This document shows positions 43,964 through 52,541 of a stretch of 64,000 bases of DNA, in pieces. The translations under genes and the position numbers were made by a program. The stretch is from Actinomycetota bacterium (GTDB lineage Bacteria; Actinomycetota; Thermoleophilia; Solirubrobacterales; 70-9). The DNA lies in assembly GCA_018268605.1 (NCBI GenBank), contig JAFDWG010000315.1:2127-66126 (forward strand), given 5' to 3'. Position 1 is the first letter of the stretch. The number at the start of each line of letters is the position of its first letter. Under the pieces are notes generated by a model. The model was not told where the DNA came from. It did not search any database and saw only the letters and a list, made by a program, of their open reading frames with translations.

Positions 43964-44782
43964 CTATGCCTCGAGGAAGTCCAGCAGAAGCTCGTTGACC
44001 CGCTCTGGCTCGTCGAGCTGCACCCAGTGGCTAGCGCCGAGGATCCGCTCGTATCGCCACGAGGCCTCGACGTATTGAGGCGAGCCGAGGATCTGATGCT
44101 CGGTGACGAACTTCTCGCCAGGGCTCCAGATGCCCATGGTCGGGCACTTGACGCCAGGCGTCTGGTACGGGGCCACGCCGAAGAAGGCGGCAGGGTCGAA
44201 GTTCGCCCGGTACCAGTTGAGCGCTGCCGTCAGGCGGCCGGGGCGGGAGAAGTCCGCGATCGCCTGCTCGGCGTCCGGGTGGGAGCCCATCCATTCCCGG
44301 AACATCACCCAGTCGTCGCGCTGCAACTGCTCCTCGGCAGTTCCCTCGAGCAGGAAGAAGAGGATGTACCAGGACCGCTGTCGCGACTCCTCGCGTCCCG
44401 CGAAGTGGTTCGCCCCGTGACCGATCTGCAGGGTCACGTAACGCTCGACCCGGTCCGGATTGAGTCCGGCGAAGTACCAGCCGAGTGCCGCGCCCCAGTC
44501 GTGGGCGATGAGCTGAACCTGCTCGAGGCCGAGCTGATCGAGCAGGGCCAGCAGATCCTGCTCGATCTCGGGGATGGCATAAGCCGCGACATCGGTCGGC
44601 GCCTCGCTCTCGCCGAAGCCGCGCAGGTCGGGGGCGATACAGCGGAACCCGGCGGCGGTCAGCGCCGCGATCTGGTGGCGCCAGGCGCGCGAGGAGTCGG
44701 GAAAGCCGTGCAGCATCAGAAGTGGGCGCCCCTCGCCCTCGTCGACGACGTTCAGGGTGATTCCGTTTACCTCGACCTTCAT
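43964..44782 (-). CDS. Alpha/beta hydrolase (epoxide-hydrolase/haloalkane-dehalogenase-like)
   Basis: LLMLHGFPDSSRAWRHQI...APDLRGFGES...LIAHDWGA. Confidence 0.8.
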   Translation of the reverse strand: MKVEVNGITLNVVDEGEGRPLLMLHGFPDSSRAWRHQIAALTAAGFRCIAPDLRGFGESEAPTDVAAYAIPEIEQDLLALLDQLGLEQVQLIAHDWGAALGWYFAGLNPDRVERYVTLQIGHGANHFAGREESRQRSWYILFFLLEGTAEEQLQRDDWVMFREWMGSHPDAEQAIADFSRPGRLTAALNWYRANFDPAAFFGVAPYQTPGVKCPTMGIWSPGEKFVTEHQILGSPQYVEASWRYERILGASHWVQLDEPERVNELLLDFLEA

Positions 44783-46170
44783 GAGAGGACCTCCTGTTGC
44801 GGGGCCGGGGTGACTGGCGGCACCTGGGCCGGGTCGTTGTTGCGGACCGTCTTGCCGGAGGCCGCCCAGGCCTGGGCCTTGGCGACCAGCGTGGGAGACG
44901 CGAGCAGCTCTGCGTCGAACCAGCCGGTGGCCCGCAGGATGTCGCGCGCCACCTCCGGATCCTCGGTCGCCACCTGCTCGACCGTGGCGAAGAATTGCAG
45001 CGCCTCGGCGGGGGCCGGCTCGGCGTCGACGTACTCGGTCTCCGGGTAGGCGGAGTCGGCCTGCGTCGCCATCCCGTAGGGGAACTCGACCGCCGCGGTC
45101 AGGTCGGCCTGGAACTCGTCGGCGAGGGGATCGAGATTACCGTCGAGGCTCGCGATGCGGTCGCGCAGCTTCAGGGCCTCAAGCGCCGCGACGGTCATCC
45201 CTTGGCCGTAGATCGGGTTGAAGGAGGCGACCGCATCGCCGATCGGTATGAAGCGCCGCGGCCGTCGCGCGAGCCTGCTCCAGAGGCGCAGCTGGTTGCC
45301 GGGGTGATGGTAGGTGGCGATCTCCGTGTCCGGCTCGCATTGCTTGGCAATCTCGGCGAGCAGCGGGGAAGGAGCCTGACGCAGATACTCGTAGAAGCCC
45401 TCCTCGTCGCCTGGTGGATAGTCCTTGGCCGCACCGATGCAGCAGAGCGTGTGGCGGCCGTTGTCGGCCGGGAGAATCAGGCCGCCCTTGGAATGACCCG
45501 GGAAGGGCATCGTGATCAGGCCGTCGAGCCCGTCCGGCATCGCGCCCTCCGGAACTTTGACGAGGCGGCTGGCGTAGCCGAAGTGGGCGCGGACGTGCTG
45601 TTCGGCTGGTCGTTCGTAACCGAGCTGCTCAAGCCAGCGGGGCGCCTTCGACCCGCGGCCGCTGGCATCGACGACGAGATCGGCCTCGATGCCGGCGGCA
45701 GTCGAACCGGAAAACTCGACTCCGCTCACCCGCTCGCCGCCTTCTGCCGCGCGCAGCCCGTCGACCATCCCCTCGACGATCTGGACGTTGCCGGTAGCTC
45801 GCACCCGCTCGCGCAGGAGGTGCTCAAATAGGGGTCGCGAGAATCCGAAGAGGTAGACGTCCGAGGCGGAGCGAGCGCGCCAGCCCTGCGCACCGAACCA
45901 GGGCGTATCCCGCACCTCGTCGAAGACCGGGCAGCCCGCCTCGCGCAGTTCGCGCTCGAAGCCGGGAAAGAGGCTGTCGAGAACGCGGACGCCGAGCGGC
46001 AGGACGACGTGGAGCTGGCGAGCCTGCGGCACCCCCTTGCGGTGACCAGGTCCGTCCGGGAGCCGGTCACGCTCGACCACGGTCACCCGCTCGAAGCTTT
46101 CGCTGAGCGCACAGGCCGCAGTCAGTCCGCTGATGCTCCCGCCGATCACCACGGCGTGTCCATTGCTCAT
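44779..46170 (-). CDS. FAD-dependent monooxygenase/oxidoreductase
   Basis: ORF trimmed to the ATG at 46170, which follows GAGGAGAGGAG. VVIGGSISGLTAACAL...VTVVERD. Confidence 0.8.
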   Translation of the reverse strand: MSNGHAVVIGGSISGLTAACALSESFERVTVVERDRLPDGPGHRKGVPQARQLHVVLPLGVRVLDSLFPGFERELREAGCPVFDEVRDTPWFGAQGWRARSASDVYLFGFSRPLFEHLLRERVRATGNVQIVEGMVDGLRAAEGGERVSGVEFSGSTAAGIEADLVVDASGRGSKAPRWLEQLGYERPAEQHVRAHFGYASRLVKVPEGAMPDGLDGLITMPFPGHSKGGLILPADNGRHTLCCIGAAKDYPPGDEEGFYEYLRQAPSPLLAEIAKQCEPDTEIATYHHPGNQLRLWSRLARRPRRFIPIGDAVASFNPIYGQGMTVAALEALKLRDRIASLDGNLDPLADEFQADLTAAVEFPYGMATQADSAYPETEYVDAEPAPAEALQFFATVEQVATEDPEVARDILRATGWFDAELLASPTLVAKAQAWAASGKTVRNNDPAQVPPVTPAPQQEVLS

Positions 46171-46370
46171 CTTGGCTCCTCTCCTCGTCCGACCCGCTGC
46201 AGGGGCCATGTCCGATCGAGCCTGCCGCGGCCATCATGCTTTGGATAGGCCCGAATTCCCTAGCGGGTGAGACGAAATGCCTACCGGCCTGATCGGCGCT
46301 ACGCTTCGACCAGCCGTTCGTTAGGGGCGCTGCGCGTGGCGCTCCGTGGGTCAGGAGGAGGGTCGCGGCC

Positions 46371-47291
46371 ATGAACCTGCGCCAGCTCGCCTATCTCGCC
46401 GCGGTAGGGCGTGAGCGGGGGATCCGTGCGGCAGCGCGTGCCTTGCACATCTCTCAGCCGCAGATCTCCCAGGCGGTCCGTTCGCTCGAGGAGGAGCTCG
46501 GAGTCGAGTTGATCCGCCGCAGCCCGCGCGGGATCGAGATCACACCTGAGGGCGAGGAGCTGATCGCTCGCGCCGAGGACATCGTCGCCCGCGTCGAGGA
46601 CGCGGCCCAGGCGGTGCGGGAGATGCGGGGGCGCGCCGGCTCGACCCTGCGGGTGGGGGTGCTCGCCGGCGCACTCGGCGCCGCCGAGTTGTTGCCACCG
46701 ATCCTCGCCGACCACCGCGCCGCACACCCGGATGTCGACTTGCGCCTCGAGGACCTCGCCTTCTGCGACCAGGTCTCGCCGGTGCTCGACGGTCGCCTCG
46801 ACGCGGCCATCGTGCGACTGCCACTGGGCAGCTCGGAGGTCGAGGTGATGCCGCTCGCCGTCGAGCCGCGTGTGGCGATGGTCGGTGCCGGCCACGAGCT
46901 CGCCGGCGAGAGCTCGATCGACATTGAGCAGATCCTCGACTTCCCGACCCTGCCGCTCGACTCGTCGGTCGAATGGTCGGACTACTGGCAACTGAATGAT
47001 TTCCGCGGTGGTGCCAATTGGGATCCAGAGATGCCGCCGATCCGCACCGTCCCCGAAGCCCAGCTGGCGCTGGCGACGAGAGATCTGCTGATCACCTCGC
47101 CCGCGGCGATCGGTCGACTTGCCCCGAACCCCTTGGTCCGCGTCCTGCAGCTGACCGGCGCCTCGGACTCGACGATCGCCGTCGTCCACCGCCGCCGTCC
47201 CGACCCGGCTGTCCGCCGCTTCGCGGCCATCGCCCAGGCCACCGCCGAGCGCGAGATCGGCCTGATTCCAGGCGGTTACCTTCCGGCCTGA
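46371..47291 (+). CDS. LysR-family transcriptional regulator
   Basis: MNLRQLAYLAAVGRERGIRAAARALHISQPQISQAVRSLEEELGVELIRR. Divergent from the monooxygenase gene. Confidence 0.9.
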   Translation: MNLRQLAYLAAVGRERGIRAAARALHISQPQISQAVRSLEEELGVELIRRSPRGIEITPEGEELIARAEDIVARVEDAAQAVREMRGRAGSTLRVGVLAGALGAAELLPPILADHRAAHPDVDLRLEDLAFCDQVSPVLDGRLDAAIVRLPLGSSEVEVMPLAVEPRVAMVGAGHELAGESSIDIEQILDFPTLPLDSSVEWSDYWQLNDFRGGANWDPEMPPIRTVPEAQLALATRDLLITSPAAIGRLAPNPLVRVLQLTGASDSTIAVVHRRRPDPAVRRFAAIAQATAEREIGLIPGGYLPA

Positions 47292-47333
47292 GACATCACG
47301 CCAAAATCCAGATCGCCGCCGTCCGGCGTCAGG

Positions 47334-47364
47334 GAGACCGCGCCGGCGAAACCGCCGCGGTCTC
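47334..47364. terminator. Hairpin between the convergent LysR gene and the orphan gene
   Basis: GAGACCGCG, a 13-nt loop, then CGCGGTCTC. There is no U-tract. Confidence 0.35.
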
Positions 47365-47433
47365 GATCCGGCCCGCAAGATGGTGATCGGGGCGATGCAC
47401 ACCCGCGTTCGGTTGGCGGCGATCCCCCATGAT

Positions 47434-47913
47434 TCAGGGAAGACGTAGCCCAGCAGAGTCCCCGGCGCGGTCTATGAAACCGAAGGCATTGGTTCGAATC
47501 CAATCGGGCGCCTCTCTCGCTGCATTCGCTACCGCCGCAGCTCGAGCGGCGAGATCGAGAACCTCACGCTCGACGGAGCACGAGTGCGTCCCAATCCAAC
47601 GCCCCGCAAACCCGATGGTCTTCAAGGAGGGGACCGCCAACATCCGGGCGTAGATCGCTGGGGGCTTCGTCTTCGACACCGTCACCTTGAAGAAGACGCG
47701 GTAGGACGGCTCGTCCTCGGGCTCGATGCCGATGGCGAGCACGTCGCCTCGCACGTCCGGCGTCTGCTTTCCCTCCTCATAGAGGGGCTGATCGATGTTG
47801 TTCTGGCCGATGTAGATGACCATGCGGTTCCTCGGCAGCGCTTCGACGCGGAGGGCGAGCCACTTCAGAAGGATGCGCCTCTCGTGGTGGCGGGCGTCGA
47901 AGACCTCCAGCAC
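47434..47913 (-). CDS. Hypothetical protein (no family recognised)
   Basis: 159-aa ORF with protein-like composition (RMVIYIGQNNIDQPLYEEGKQTPDVRGDVLAIGIEPEDEPSYRVFFKVTVSK). GC is lower than in flanking DNA. The 3' end runs through a tRNA-like T-arm, so the C-terminus is uncertain. Confidence 0.45.
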   Translation of the reverse strand: MLEVFDARHHERRILLKWLALRVEALPRNRMVIYIGQNNIDQPLYEEGKQTPDVRGDVLAIGIEPEDEPSYRVFFKVTVSKTKPPAIYARMLAVPSLKTIGFAGRWIGTHSCSVEREVLDLAARAAAVANAAREAPDWIRTNAFGFIDRAGDSAGLRLP

Positions 47914-47966
47914 GTCGCCGTCCGCCTCTGGGGCGAGTCGGGATCCGCCGCTGTAGGATCGCCGTC

Positions 47967-48275
47967 GTGGAGTCGGAACTCGTCTACGAGGGCTTCGTCC
48001 TTCGCCTCGACGGGCCGATGCTGGAGGTGGTCGCCAGGGACATCAAGGGCATCTTCCGCCATCACGTCAACTTCGCCCAGGCCTCGCTCACCGCGAAGAA
48101 GGACGGGATGCTCGAGGTCTACGTCGATGACGGGGGAGCCCTCGATCGGCCCCTTCTTCAACCCGAGATCAGCGGGATCTGGCGAGTTTGGCGCTATCAG
48201 GTCCCGGCAGGCGAGGAGGCGGCCTTGACCGAATTCTTCGCCGAGGCCGAGCGGCGCCGGACGGGCCCGCGATAG
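47967..48275 (+). CDS. Hypothetical protein
   Basis: 102-aa ORF with a GTG start, divergent from the previous ORF. No recognisable motif. Confidence 0.45.
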   Translation: MESELVYEGFVLRLDGPMLEVVARDIKGIFRHHVNFAQASLTAKKDGMLEVYVDDGGALDRPLLQPEISGIWRVWRYQVPAGEEAALTEFFAEAERRRTGPR

Positions 48276-48279
48276 GGCG

Positions 48280-48717
48280 ATGGGTCTCTTCGGCAAGCAC
48301 GACGACGAGAGCGGCGCGCCGGTTTCGGGCCCGGGCGCCGGCGACGAAATTGCTCGCCTGCGCTCGCTCCCGCTCGCCCGGCTGGCCGCGGAGGTGATGG
48401 AGAAGGCCTTCGCCGGGGAAGGCCCAGGCGCGCCGGGGCGCCCGGGCACGATCGAGGCGCCCGGGCTCTCGGCCGAGCGGGTGCGCCTTCCCGAGGTGGC
48501 CCGCGCCGTCACGCCGGCCCTCGCGAAGACGAGTGATGCAGGCGAGCAGCTCGCGATCTCGGACCTCCTCGCCGAAGGCATCCAGGCGCTCGATCTGGCG
48601 GGCCTCGTGATGGTCACCTGGCGCGGCGGCACCGAAGACTTCCGCGCCACCCGCAGGGGCAGGGAGGCTCAGTCCTCCGGTGAGGTCGAGACCCTGGTCG
48701 GCAGGGTGCTGGGTTGA
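48280..48717 (+). CDS. Hypothetical protein
   Basis: 145-aa ORF starting 5 nt after the previous stop. No recognisable motif. Confidence 0.45.
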   Translation: MGLFGKHDDESGAPVSGPGAGDEIARLRSLPLARLAAEVMEKAFAGEGPGAPGRPGTIEAPGLSAERVRLPEVARAVTPALAKTSDAGEQLAISDLLAEGIQALDLAGLVMVTWRGGTEDFRATRRGREAQSSGEVETLVGRVLG

Positions 48718-48786
48718 CATCGGTCGGGCTGACGTCGCCCTAGCCCACTCCTGGGCCTTCCACGTGGGTGCCGAGGAATTCGGGTC

Positions 48787-50352
48787 CTAGGATCTTTTGC
48801 CTGGCCGCTTCGCGGGCTTGACGAAGATTTCGAGCGTGCGCGTCGCCTTCACGGGCGGCTGGCCGGCGATCCTCGTGGTCACGGTTAGGGACATCTTCAG
48901 CTTGCCGACCTTCCTCAGGACGGCGATCGCGAGCTTCGTCAGCTTCAGTTTCAGGACCCTCCATTTGTTCGGTGGGACCTGGACCATGCCGCGGGCGATG
49001 ATCTTCGGCTTCGACTTGGAGCTCGCGGTGGCCGGGAGTGTGCGATCGAAGGAGAGGCCGGCGGGGATCGCGCCCTTCATCTTGCCCTCGCCACTGACCG
49101 AACAGGAGGGGGCGCCGCAGAAGACCTTCATCGGCTCCACGTAGGGCGCTTCGCTCCAGGGGATCCGGTTGGTGAACCAGATCAGTTTCGGTTTGACCCG
49201 CGGGCCCTGCAGCGGCCCGTTCGATCCGCCTGAGGGCGTGATCACCTGCGGCGGGCCGCTCGGCGGGCCGGGAGCCGGAGCCGGCCTCGTGCGCCAGACC
49301 GGGTTGGTAGGGAACCCTTGGCCCGCCGTCAGCGAGGTCACCGAGCCTGAGCCGTCGGCGTTGGCGATGTAGACGGCATTGGTTTTTTCGGCGGGGCTGG
49401 CTCCGCCGAAGTAGTAGCCGTCGAAGACGAGGCGCGAGCCGTCCGGCGACCAGGACGCGCGGGAGCCTTCGGTTTTCAGGCCCTGGACGACCGGCAGCCC
49501 GTGATTGCCACTGCCGTCGGCGTTGACGATGCGGAACCGGGTCGGTTCGCCGACCCGCTCGCTGTAGGCGAGCTGGGCTCCGCTCGGCGACCAGCTCAGG
49601 GTGACGAACTGGGTGTTGGCGGGGATGGTCCACAAGGGCGTGCCGCCGAAGGGGCCGATCGTCTGGACGTATTCGAATTCGCGCCCGTAGGCGATCCGGC
49701 TGCCATCCGGCGACCACGCCGGTTCGGCGCCCACGGCCCCGGGGAGAGGCGTCGCCGGGCAGCTGATGTCCCCGCAGACCGTGTAGATCTGGTTGTTATG
49801 CGAGAAGGCGATCTTGCCGCTGTCGGCCGACCAGGTCGGATCTCCCGCACCGCCGACCGTGGGTATTTCGGTCGCGTTGGCGCTGCTGCCGTCGGAGTTG
49901 ACCACGTAGAGCGGCTGGTTGTTATGGCTTGCCAGCCCTCGCACGAAGGCGATCTTGGTGCCATCGGGCGACCAGGCGATGCTGCCGGTCGGGACTTCGC
50001 CATTGGTGAAGTGGGTGACCTGGACCGCGCCGTTGACCGTCTGCCCCGGCGCGTCCGGTTCCATCGTGTAGATGTTCGTCTGCGGCGGGAATTTGCTGGT
50101 GAATTTGGCGACGAAGGCGAGCCGTTTGCCGTCCGGGGACCAGGTCGGGTCTTCGTCATAGCTGGTGGTGCCGTTGGCGGTCAGGTTGACGACGTCACTC
50201 GGGTTGTCAGGGTCGAGCAGGCAGATATCTTCGCCTTTGCAGATGTAGGCGATTTCCTTCGGCGCCGCGGAGGCGACGGCGGCAGCGAGAGCAAAGGTCG
50301 TGGCCAGGACGACCAGGACCGGGAGGGGGACGAGCCACAGCCGGCGAGGCAT
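48787..50352 (-). CDS. Secreted PD40/TolB-like beta-propeller repeat protein
   Basis: Signal peptide MPRRLWLVPLPVLVVLATTFALAAAVASA. At least six WSPDG-type blades (PTWSPDGKRLAFV, IAWSPDGTKIAFV, AWSPDGSRIAYG, ...). Confidence 0.85.
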   Translation of the reverse strand: MPRRLWLVPLPVLVVLATTFALAAAVASAAPKEIAYICKGEDICLLDPDNPSDVVNLTANGTTSYDEDPTWSPDGKRLAFVAKFTSKFPPQTNIYTMEPDAPGQTVNGAVQVTHFTNGEVPTGSIAWSPDGTKIAFVRGLASHNNQPLYVVNSDGSSANATEIPTVGGAGDPTWSADSGKIAFSHNNQIYTVCGDISCPATPLPGAVGAEPAWSPDGSRIAYGREFEYVQTIGPFGGTPLWTIPANTQFVTLSWSPSGAQLAYSERVGEPTRFRIVNADGSGNHGLPVVQGLKTEGSRASWSPDGSRLVFDGYYFGGASPAEKTNAVYIANADGSGSVTSLTAGQGFPTNPVWRTRPAPAPGPPSGPPQVITPSGGSNGPLQGPRVKPKLIWFTNRIPWSEAPYVEPMKVFCGAPSCSVSGEGKMKGAIPAGLSFDRTLPATASSKSKPKIIARGMVQVPPNKWRVLKLKLTKLAIAVLRKVGKLKMSLTVTTRIAGQPPVKATRTLEIFVKPAKRPGKRS

Positions 50353-50547
50353 CGGATCAGCCTAACCCGCGGCTCCCTCCCTCGCCAGTGCCAAATTGGG
50401 ATCGATCGGGCGACGGACGTTGGTTCCGGCGCTCACGGCGATCGTCTCCGGGCTCGAAGCCGCCGGCAGTCGGCCGCTCGTCCACTCACGGCTGCAGCGC
50501 GACGAAGAGCCGGACTCGACCGATGGGCCGTAGGCGATCATGGGGCG

Positions 50548-51264
50548 ATGGAGGATCGCGCCCTCGACTGGGCAGGGACCTACAACGCCCGTGATCTCGG
50601 CGGGCTGCCGACCGTCGGCGGGGGAGAGACGGCGCGCGCGGCGATCGTCCGATCGGACTCGCTGCAGAACCTCGAGGCGCGCGGGTGGGAAGAAGCCTGG
50701 GACTACGGGATCCGGACGGTGATCGACCTGCGCAACGAGAGCGAAATCGGTCCCGACATCGCGCCGCGCCCCGCGTCGATCGAGACGGTGAACATCCCCC
50801 TCGACGTGACCGAGGCCCGCGACTTCTGGGAGGCCTGGGGGAACGGCCCGCAGTTCGCGACGCCGCTCTATTACGGGCCGCACCTCGAGCGCTTCCCCGA
50901 GCGGAGCGCCGAGGTGATCCGGGCGGTCGCTACGGCGCCGCCGGGCGGCGTCGTCTTCCACTGTCAGGGAGGGCGCGACCGTGCCGGCCAGATCTCCCTC
51001 CTGGTGCTGGCTCTCGCCGGCGTCGAGCCTGAGGCGATCGCCGCCGACTACGCCCTGAGCGACGAGAGGCTGCGTCCGCTCTACCTCTCGCGCGGCGAAG
51101 AGGACGAGGCACCGAAGATCGCCGCGTATCTACGCGAGCAGGGAAGGACGGCGACCGACCTGATCGTCGAGCTGCTCCGAGAGCTCGACGTCGAGGCGAC
51201 GCTGCGGAGCGCCGGCCTGGAGTCGGAGGACCTTGTCGCCCTTCGCAGGCGGCTGACCGATTAG
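50548..51264 (+). CDS. Protein-tyrosine phosphatase (Y_phosphatase3-like)
   Basis: ORF 49501..51264 trimmed to the ATG at 50548. NARDLGG...RSD...IRTVIDLR. P-loop FHCQGGRDRAG. Confidence 0.8.
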   Translation: MEDRALDWAGTYNARDLGGLPTVGGGETARAAIVRSDSLQNLEARGWEEAWDYGIRTVIDLRNESEIGPDIAPRPASIETVNIPLDVTEARDFWEAWGNGPQFATPLYYGPHLERFPERSAEVIRAVATAPPGGVVFHCQGGRDRAGQISLLVLALAGVEPEAIAADYALSDERLRPLYLSRGEEDEAPKIAAYLREQGRTATDLIVELLRELDVEATLRSAGLESEDLVALRRRLTD

Positions 51265-51389
51265 CCGCCTTCGCCCTCGACGGCGGCGCGGACCGCGCGG
51301 AGGATCTCGTCACTGAGTGCCTCGTCATCGACGGCGCGTGAGATCAGCAGCGCGCCGACCATCGCGCTGACCGCACGGAGGATCGACAT
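51261..51389 (-). pseudogene. TetR-family regulator remnant (C-terminal ~40 codons only)
   Basis: SILRAVSAMVGALLISRAVDDEALSDEILRAVRAAVEGEGG is a typical TetR C-terminal end. No HTH part exists upstream. Confidence 0.4.
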
Positions 51390-51504
51390 GAAGATCGAGG
51401 GAGCAACGGCGCTGGTGACCGGCGCCAACCGCGGCATCGGGTCGCCTGCCGGCGGCGCGGACCTCGCCGTCCCGAAGGGCCTAAGAGCGGAGGTTCCGAC
51501 ATGA
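51388..51504 (+). pseudogene. SDR remnant (N-terminal ~18 codons, then unrelated text)
   Basis: MKIEGATALVTGANRGIG is a textbook SDR start, but the ORF ends after 38 codons. Its ATG abuts the TetR remnant (CGACATGAAG). Confidence 0.4.
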
Positions 51505-52056
51505 GGCATCCATCCCTGGATGACCGCTTCGACCCGGCGGTTCGGATCGTCGAGTACGACGAGGCCTGGCCCCGGGTCGCCGCCGCCGAGATGGATCGGA
51601 TCGCGACGGCCCTCGGCGACCAGCCGGTGCGGATCGATCACGTCGGCTCGACCGCGGTGCCGGGGATGGCGGCGAAGCCGATCGTCGACCTCCTGGCCTC
51701 CGTGGCCGAGATCCGGGCGACCGAGACCTACGCGCGGCCGCTCGCGACGCTTGGCTATCTTCGCGCCCGATCCCGACTCGCCGGACTTCCACTTCTTCGG
51801 CAAGCCGCCCGAGCGGCCGCGAGCCTTTCACCTCCACGTCTGCGCGGCGGGGAGCGATCACGAGCTTCGCCACCTGGCGCTGCGCGACTACCTGCGGGCC
51901 CGTCCCGACGAGGCGCGGCGCTACGCGGAGGTGAAGCGGGCGCTGGTCGCCGCGCGGCCCGGCGATCGCCTCGCCTACGTCGACGGCAAGGCGCGCTACG
52001 TGGCCGAGCTGGAGGAACGGGCTGTTATGTTCGTCCGTGGGAGGGAGATGCCATGA
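51501..52056 (+). pseudogene. GrpB-family protein gene with a +1 frameshift near 51759
   Basis: The N-terminal part (frame of 51501) reads VEYDEAWPRVAAAEMDRI...HVGSTAVPGMAAKPIVDLL...LATLGY. The C-terminal part (frame of 51520) reads FAPDPDSPDFHFFGKPPERPRAFHLHVCAAGSDHELRHLALRDYLRARPDEARRYAEVK. One extra nucleotide (C at 51759) separates them. Confidence 0.55.
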
Positions 52057-52535
52057 AACGGACCATTGCCATCGTCGTCGGCTCCACCATGGTCGCCCTG
52101 ATGTTGGTGGCCACCGCGTTCGCCGCGGAGGTGAGCCGGGAGGAATACAAAGAAGCCGCCGAGCCGATCTGCAAAGCGAGCGCGAAGGCAAACGAACGGA
52201 TCCTCGCCGGGGTGCGCACGGAAGTGAAGAAGGGCCAACTGAAGACGGCGGCGGCGAAGTTCGCCAAGGCCTCGAAGGAGCAAGCCGCGACGCTGAAGGA
52301 ACTGGAAGCGCTGCCGCGGCCGAGCGCCGACGAAGCACGCCTCGCCAAGTGGTTCTCCTATCTGAAGATCGAGGCCGAACTCTTCGCCACGGCGGGGAGG
52401 AAGCTGAAGGCGGGCGACAAGGCGGGCGCCCAGCACGTCTTCACGAAGCTCAGCCTCAACATCAACAAGGCGAACAACCAGGTGCTGCCGTTCGGCTTCA
52501 ACTACTGCCGGCTGAACGCGGCGAAGCTGAGCTGA
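52053..52535 (+). CDS. Secreted alpha-helical protein of unknown function
   Basis: The ATG at 52053 follows GGGAGGGAG. Signal peptide MKRTIAIVVGSTMVALMLVATAFAA. Lys/Ala-rich with two Cys. Confidence 0.65.
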   Translation: MKRTIAIVVGSTMVALMLVATAFAAEVSREEYKEAAEPICKASAKANERILAGVRTEVKKGQLKTAAAKFAKASKEQAATLKELEALPRPSADEARLAKWFSYLKIEAELFATAGRKLKAGDKAGAQHVFTKLSLNINKANNQVLPFGFNYCRLNAAKLS

Positions 52536-52541
52536 CCTGAG

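Noticed and set aside
47437-47512. A possible complete tRNA gene around the T-arm ATTGG-TTCGAAT-CCAAT.
   Set aside because: No 5' acceptor strand complements CGGGCGC and no credible D-arm is present. The anticodon loop CTATGAA would give an unusual AUG anticodon. Only a partial tRNA-like fragment can be supported.
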